From positions 13,463-77,462 of the forward strand of contig CAZOYR010000003.1 of the NCBI GenBank assembly GCA_964584105.1: a DNA stretch of 64,000 nucleotides, read 5' to 3'. Both the position numbers and the translations under genes were made by a program. The notes beneath the pieces are model-generated. The model was not told where the DNA came from and ran no database searches. It saw only the letters and a program-made list of their open reading frames with translations. Below are positions 59,117 through 64,000 of the stretch, piece after piece (within the stretch, counting starts at the first letter, position 1; every line of letters starts with the position of its first letter). The stretch comes from an uncultured Alteromonas sp. GTDB lineage: Bacteria > Pseudomonadota > Gammaproteobacteria > Enterobacterales > Alteromonadaceae.

Positions 59117-60829
59117 ATGTTTACAAGCAGAATCACTAAATCAGCGCTTGCGGTGGCCACCGCAGTATTTTTCAGCACCGGCTGCAGCGAAGCCCCTGAG
59201 AACGAGACCGCCACAGGCACAGCGGAGCAACAGACCGTTGCATCGACCAACGACATTGATAAGCAGGAATCAGCCTTAACCATTGATCGCAAACGATTGT
59301 CTATCTATCAGCCGGTAGATCTTGACGCAGACATCAGTCATTTAAGCGATAACCAGCAAAAAATGGTGGCATTGCTTATCGATGCAGCAAAAATTATGGA
59401 TGACCTGTTCTGGCAACAGGCGTTCGGAGGCGAAAAATCTGCGTTTCTTAATCGCTTGAACGATGACGAGATTGCCCATTTTGCGCAAATAAACTACGGC
59501 CCCTGGGATCGACTAAATGGTGATGCAGCATTCTTATCCAATGTTGACAGCAAACCTGAAGGCGCGCAATTTTACCCACAAGATATGACCAAAGACGAGT
59601 TTGAAAAAGCAGACTTTGACGATAAAAAGGGGCTGTATTCGCTGGTTCGTCGCAACGACAAGGGCGAGCTTTACACGATTCCCTACTCAGAAGCCTACAA
59701 AGCGCAGCTGAACGAAGCGGCAGAGCTTTTAACAAAGGCGGCTGAACTTGCTGAAGACGAAGGCTTTGCAAATTACCTGACATTGCGTGCAAAGGCTTTA
59801 GTGAGCAATGAATACCTAGATTCGGATATGGCATGGATGGATATGAAAACCAATCCGGTGGAGCTGGTCATTGGTCCTATTGAAACCTATGAAGATCAGC
59901 TATTTGGTTATCGTGCCGCGTTCGAGGCCTACGTGCTCATTAAGGACAAAGCATGGAGCGATAAACTATCGCGTTATGCGCAATTTTTGCCTGAATTACA
60001 ACAAGGCCTGCCGGTACCAAAAGAATACAAAGCGCAGATGCCGGGTTCTGATGCTGATTTAGGCGCATATGATGTTGTGTATTATGCCGGTCACTCTAAT
60101 GCCGGTAGTAAAACAATTGCGATTAACCTGCCTAACGACGAACGGGTTCAGCTGGAAAAAGGTACACGCCGTCTGCAACTGAAAAATGCTATGCGTGCCA
60201 AGTTTGATCAAATCCTGATGCCTATTTCTGAGGCGTTGATTGTGCCAGAGCAGCGTGAGCACATTACCTTCGATGCGTTCTTTGCAAACACGATGTTCCA
60301 TGAAGTCGCACATGGCCTGGGAATCAAAAATACGCTGGATGGCAAGGGTACCGTTCGCGCAGCGTTAAAAGAGCACGCATCGGCATTAGAAGAAGGTAAA
60401 GCCGATATTCTTGGCCTGTATATGGTGCAAAGTCTGCTGGAGAAAGGTGAAATCACCGAAGGAACGCTGGAGGATTATTACGTGACCTTCATGGCCGGCA
60501 TTTTTCGCTCGGTACGCTTTGGTGCTTCCAGTGCCCACGGTAAAGCTAATATGATTCGATTCAATTATTTTGCCCAGGAAGGGGCTTTTGAAAAAACGGA
60601 CAAAGGCATGTACCGCGTTAATATGGACAAAATGCAGGCGGCAGTGAAATCATTGTCTCAAAAAATCCTGACGTTACAGGGAGACGGCGATTACAAAGGC
60701 GTAAGCCAATTGGTGGACAAGATGGGTGTGATTAAGCCTGAACTGGCCAGTGACCTGGCGAAGCTGGAAAAAGCCGATATCCCGGTAGATATTCACTTCA
60801 ATCAGGGTAAAGAACAGTTAGGTCTGTAA
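59117..60829 (+). CDS. Lipoprotein Zn-dependent hydrolase, peptidase M49 (DPP III)-like
   Basis: Lipobox STGC; IGPIETYED, AINLPND, HEVAH, LEEGKAD motifs. Confidence 0.85.
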   Translation: MFTSRITKSALAVATAVFFSTGCSEAPENETATGTAEQQTVASTNDIDKQESALTIDRKRLSIYQPVDLDADISHLSDNQQKMVALLIDAAKIMDDLFWQQAFGGEKSAFLNRLNDDEIAHFAQINYGPWDRLNGDAAFLSNVDSKPEGAQFYPQDMTKDEFEKADFDDKKGLYSLVRRNDKGELYTIPYSEAYKAQLNEAAELLTKAAELAEDEGFANYLTLRAKALVSNEYLDSDMAWMDMKTNPVELVIGPIETYEDQLFGYRAAFEAYVLIKDKAWSDKLSRYAQFLPELQQGLPVPKEYKAQMPGSDADLGAYDVVYYAGHSNAGSKTIAINLPNDERVQLEKGTRRLQLKNAMRAKFDQILMPISEALIVPEQREHITFDAFFANTMFHEVAHGLGIKNTLDGKGTVRAALKEHASALEEGKADILGLYMVQSLLEKGEITEGTLEDYYVTFMAGIFRSVRFGASSAHGKANMIRFNYFAQEGAFEKTDKGMYRVNMDKMQAAVKSLSQKILTLQGDGDYKGVSQLVDKMGVIKPELASDLAKLEKADIPVDIHFNQGKEQLGL

Positions 60830-60838
60830 TTATCAAAC

Positions 60839-60863
60839 GCAGAGTGGCGTAATGCCGCTCTGC
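60839..60863. terminator. Hairpin between convergent peptidase and hinT genes
   Basis: GCAGAGTGGC-gtaat-GCCGCTCTGC; weak U-tracts. Confidence 0.55.
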
Positions 60864-60880
60864 GCAATAATCACTGATGA

Positions 60881-61249
60881 TTATTCTAAGTTCTTGGGCT
60901 TGTCAGTGTAAGGCGGCCAGCCCAATAACTTACCACCCAGCACATGTAAATGTATGTGGTAAACACTTTGTCCGCCAAACTCATTGCAGTTCATCACAGT
61001 ACGATACCCTTCCCCAGCAATGCCCATTTCATCAGCCACTTTGGCAGCAACCAGGGATAAATGGCCCACTAATTCTTTGTCTTGCTCAGTAATATCATTG
61101 ATGGTCGCTATGGCTTTTTTAGGAATGACCAGAAAGTGCACCGGCGCCTGGGGGTTAATATCCTTAAACGCCAGGGCCTGTTCATCTTCATAAAGTATTT
61201 CAGCATCAATTTCGCGGTTGATAATTTTAGTAAAAATAGTTTCAGACAT
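60881..61249 (-). CDS. hinT: Histidine triad nucleotide-binding protein
   Basis: ETIFTKII, FKDINPQAPVH, GGQSVYHIHLHVLGG; start set at ATG 61249. Confidence 0.95.
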   Translation of the reverse strand: MSETIFTKIINREIDAEILYEDEQALAFKDINPQAPVHFLVIPKKAIATINDITEQDKELVGHLSLVAAKVADEMGIAGEGYRTVMNCNEFGGQSVYHIHLHVLGGKLLGWPPYTDKPKNLE

Positions 61250-61296
61250 AGCGAATCCTTTTTTTATGTGAATGAAGGGCAACCCTCAGTTTGCCC

Positions 61297-62097
61297 TTAC
61301 CCGAACACAAACCAGAGCAATACTGCGCCCAGTATCAGTCGATAAATCACAAACGGCAACATCCCAATACGGGAAATCCAGCTCAAAAACAGGTAAATAC
61401 AAAGGTACGCGCTGACAAAAGAAAACGCCGCACCATAGATAAGCGCACTCCAGTCTACCCGCTCGCCAGAACCAACCAGTTCCAGCGTTGCCAGTGTGCC
61501 TGCCCCGAGAATAACCGGGATAGAAAGCAAAAACGAAAAGCGTGCAGCGCTCTCACGATTAAAGCCCAGCATCAGCGCAGCGGTCATGGTAATGCCTGAA
61601 CGTGAAGTGCCCGGAATCAGCGCCAGTGCCTGCGCAAGACCTATAATGACAGCGCCCTTCAGGCCCATAGACGATAAGTCTTTGGTGTGCCTGGCAGCCT
61701 TGTCCGCGTACCACAACAGCAGACCAAAAATGATAGTGGTCGCGGCAATCACCAGCGCGCTGCGTGCATTAAGTTCAATCCAGTCTTTCAGTAAGAAACC
61801 GGCAATGACCGCAGGAATGGTTGCCAGTATGACATACCACGCCAGCCTGCTGTCTTGTGTCTGGTCAGATGAAAACCCTTTGCTCAGCCAGGCGCCGGCC
61901 ATACGCAAAATATCTTCACGAAAATAAATCATGACCGCGAGCAGACTTCCTACGTGTACGGCCACATCGAACGCCAATCCCTGATTAACCCAACCTAATA
62001 ACTCAGCTGGCAGAATGAGGTGGGCGGAACTACTGATTGGCAAAAATTCTGTGACTCCCTGAATGATTGCCAGAATAATAATTTCAAAAAGCGTCAT
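61297..62097 (-). CDS. uppP: Undecaprenyl-diphosphate phosphatase BacA
   Basis: [29 protein letters not shown]. Confidence 0.97.
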   Translation of the reverse strand: MTLFEIIILAIIQGVTEFLPISSSAHLILPAELLGWVNQGLAFDVAVHVGSLLAVMIYFREDILRMAGAWLSKGFSSDQTQDSRLAWYVILATIPAVIAGFLLKDWIELNARSALVIAATTIIFGLLLWYADKAARHTKDLSSMGLKGAVIIGLAQALALIPGTSRSGITMTAALMLGFNRESAARFSFLLSIPVILGAGTLATLELVGSGERVDWSALIYGAAFSFVSAYLCIYLFLSWISRIGMLPFVIYRLILGAVLLWFVFG

Positions 62098-62100
62098 TGC

Positions 62101-62598
62101 TTAAACGTCTCTCCAGTCAAATACTACGGGCCACAATGGCTGGTCTTTATTCCCGAATTGTTGCCACAGCTGCTGATAGGTTTTGTTCTCAACCGGATGG
62201 ATGTCATCCGGCACCAGTTCAGCTAACGGGCGCAATACAAATGCGTTGTACAGAATCTCTTCTCTGGGCAGCGTTACAGGCTGCGAAGTCACTACGTCAT
62301 TAAACGTTAAAAGATCGAGGTCTAATGTGCGCGAGCAAAATTTTTTCTCACTGTGTGTTCGCCCGTGCGCCTGTTCAATCGCTTTAAGTATGTCGTTAAC
62401 TTGCGCCACATCAAGATCGGTCCAGGCACTGACGACCAGGTTGTAGAATGTCTCCCCGTCAAAGCCGACCGCCTCGCTTTCGTACACTGATGAGCACTGC
62501 ACATCACTGAAATACGTTTTCAGTGCGGCGACGCCTCCACGGGTATGCCTGGCTCTTTCAATGTTCGAGCCAACACTGATAAGAATTTTACTGAGCAT
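62101..62598 (-). CDS. folK: 2-amino-4-hydroxy-6-hydroxymethyldihydropteridine diphosphokinase
   Basis: ISVGSNI, FYNLV, RTLDLDLL, FVLRPLAEL; start set at ATG 62598. Confidence 0.94.
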   Translation of the reverse strand: MLSKILISVGSNIERARHTRGGVAALKTYFSDVQCSSVYESEAVGFDGETFYNLVVSAWTDLDVAQVNDILKAIEQAHGRTHSEKKFCSRTLDLDLLTFNDVVTSQPVTLPREEILYNAFVLRPLAELVPDDIHPVENKTYQQLWQQFGNKDQPLWPVVFDWRDV

Positions 62599-62950
62599 GG
62601 TTTCTCGACGCAGAAATGGTGACGGTAACAGCCCGGGCATCAGGCAGAATATCGGGTTTGGTGATCGCCAGGGAAACAGATGACACCGCAAAGGCAGACA
62701 GCACCGCCTGGCACAAAAAATGGCCCAGCGCCTCTAACAACTCAAATTGCGTTTCTTTGGCTTTATCCTGGATAAAGGCAGCAAGCTTTGCATAGTCGAT
62801 GGTATCGGTGACGTCATCGCTGGTGCGGGCTTTTGTCAGGTCAGCAAGAATGCTGACATCAATCAACAGGCGCGTCTTATGCGTTCGCTCCCAGTCATAA
62901 ACGCCAATAAGCGCATCAACGCTTAACTCGCGGATGTGTATCTGATCCAT
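62588..62950 (-). CDS. folB: Dihydroneopterin aldolase
   Basis: IGVYDWER, DTIDY, FELLEAL, KP; start set at ATG 62950. Confidence 0.94.
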   Translation of the reverse strand: MDQIHIRELSVDALIGVYDWERTHKTRLLIDVSILADLTKARTSDDVTDTIDYAKLAAFIQDKAKETQFELLEALGHFLCQAVLSAFAVSSVSLAITKPDILPDARAVTVTISASRNHAQ

Positions 62951-63073
62951 ATATTTAAGCCAGTTTTCAGCTGGCGTATTCTCGCCCGAACGCATCTGAA
63001 CGCATGCGACTGGCGCATCTACGCGCTTTTTAGTAGTGTGAGGCAAGTGTAACCTGAACCTCGGCCGTATGAC

Positions 63074-63691
63074 ATGATTGCAACTATTATTTTGATGGTA
63101 AGTGTGGCTTACCTGTGCGGTTCACTTTCCAGTGCCGTGGTTATCAGCCGCTTATACCGGTTACCCGACCCGCGCCAGGCAGGATCACAGAACCCCGGTG
63201 CCACCAATGTCTATCGCCTGGGTGGCCGTATCCCGGCTGTTCTGGTGCTGGTCATGGATATTCTTAAAGGCACGATACCGGTGTATATCAGTTACTGGAT
63301 TGGCATCGACGCTGTCGCACTGGGTGTCATTGCTATAGCCGCTTGCCTTGGGCATATTTTCCCGCTGTATTTCGGCTTTAAAGGTGGTAAAGCCGTGGCA
63401 ACGGCCTTTGGCGCCATGCTTCCCATTGGCCTGGAGCTGGGTGCACTGCTTATATTCACCTGGGGCGTGGCACTGTTTATCTGGGGTTACTCGTCGCTTG
63501 CCGCGATTATCACAGTGGCACTGGCGCCGCTGTATGTGTGGTTTATCAAGCCGCTTTACACCCTGCCTGTAGCCATGCTTTCAATCCTGATAATCGCGCG
63601 GCACCGGGCCAATATCGTCAGGCTGGTAAAGGGTGAGGAATCCAAAGTGTGGAATAAGCAGGGCAAACTGAAATCAGACAGCCAGCCCTAA
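63074..63691 (+). CDS. plsY: Glycerol-3-phosphate acyltransferase PlsY
   Basis: [36 protein letters not shown]. Confidence 0.97.
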   Translation: MIATIILMVSVAYLCGSLSSAVVISRLYRLPDPRQAGSQNPGATNVYRLGGRIPAVLVLVMDILKGTIPVYISYWIGIDAVALGVIAIAACLGHIFPLYFGFKGGKAVATAFGAMLPIGLELGALLIFTWGVALFIWGYSSLAAIITVALAPLYVWFIKPLYTLPVAMLSILIIARHRANIVRLVKGEESKVWNKQGKLKSDSQP

Positions 63692-63704
63692 TAATGTAAA
63701 TAGC

Positions 63705-64000
63705 CTATACCGGTTCAAGTGAATCCAGTGGCCAACGAGGATTGGCCGTTGCCCCCAGCGACACGGTCTGCCCCGCTTTGAGTCGCTGCATGCCGGCATA
63801 AGCAATCATAGCGCCGTTGTCGGTGCAAAATGCCAGATTAGGGTAAAATACCTCGCCCTTTATTTTGCGCATCATCGCTTCCATTTCGTTGCGCAGCCGC
63901 TTGTTTGCGCTCACGCCACCGGCAATGACCAGGCGCTTTAATCCGGTTTGCTTTAATGCCCGCCGACATTTAATCATCAGCGTATCGACCACTGCTTCTT
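63705..64000 (-). CDS. tsaD: tRNA threonylcarbamoyltransferase TsaD, C-terminal part (truncated by the window edge)
   Basis: [30 protein letters not shown]; convergent with plsY as usual. Confidence 0.95.
   Translation of the reverse strand, partial: EAVVDTLMIKCRRALKQTGLKRLVIAGGVSANKRLRNEMEAMMRKIKGEVFYPNLAFCTDNGAMIAYAGMQRLKAGQTVSLGATANPRWPLDSLEPV

Noticed and set aside
62599-63046. Long N-terminal extensions of folK and folB in the ORF track (also petA, djlA, sutR, hinT)
   Set aside because: These come from choosing the most upstream start; downstream starts fit family length, and several have a clear RBS.
1-64000. CRISPR arrays, tRNA/rRNA genes, IS elements, toxin-antitoxin or defence genes
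   Set aside because: No regularly spaced direct repeats, cloverleaf-like segments, transposase motifs or evident composition shifts were seen by eye. mazG is the housekeeping two-domain form with no mazEF beside it.

Overview
Core chromosomal segment of a marine gammaproteobacterium. Gene content and sequence style suggest Alteromonadaceae (Alteromonas/Salinimonas-like); this is inference, not a database result. The window is densely packed with housekeeping genes: ptsN-rapZ-npr-mgtE; rplM-rpsI, petABC, sspAB; xerD-dsbC-recJ-orf-recO-pdxJ-acpS-rlmD-relA-mazG; djlA / lptD-surA-pdxA-rsmA-apaG-apaH; an MCP, betT, lysC, acnB; rdgC, sutR/benE, an M49 peptidase; and hinT, uppP, folK, folB, plsY, tsaD. 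I saw no tRNA, rRNA, IS element, prophage or CRISPR array. The most interesting element is a ~13 kb co-oriented minus-strand block at 40304-53206: phoB-phoR-pstS, an acidic surface lipoprotein, a TonB-dependent receptor, and a complete TtpC-type TonB system (DUF3450-ttpC-exbB-exbD-tonB-TPR). Three promoters in this block each have a Pho box exactly 10 bp upstream of a -10-like hexamer, and two of them share an identical 18-mer. This points to a PhoB-controlled, TonB-energised outer-membrane phosphorus-scavenging system of unknown substrate. Secondary points are a small, possibly OB-fold ORF between recJ and recO, a structured leader before betT, and tandem operator palindromes at sutR/benE. 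All product calls come from recognising motifs and gene context by eye.
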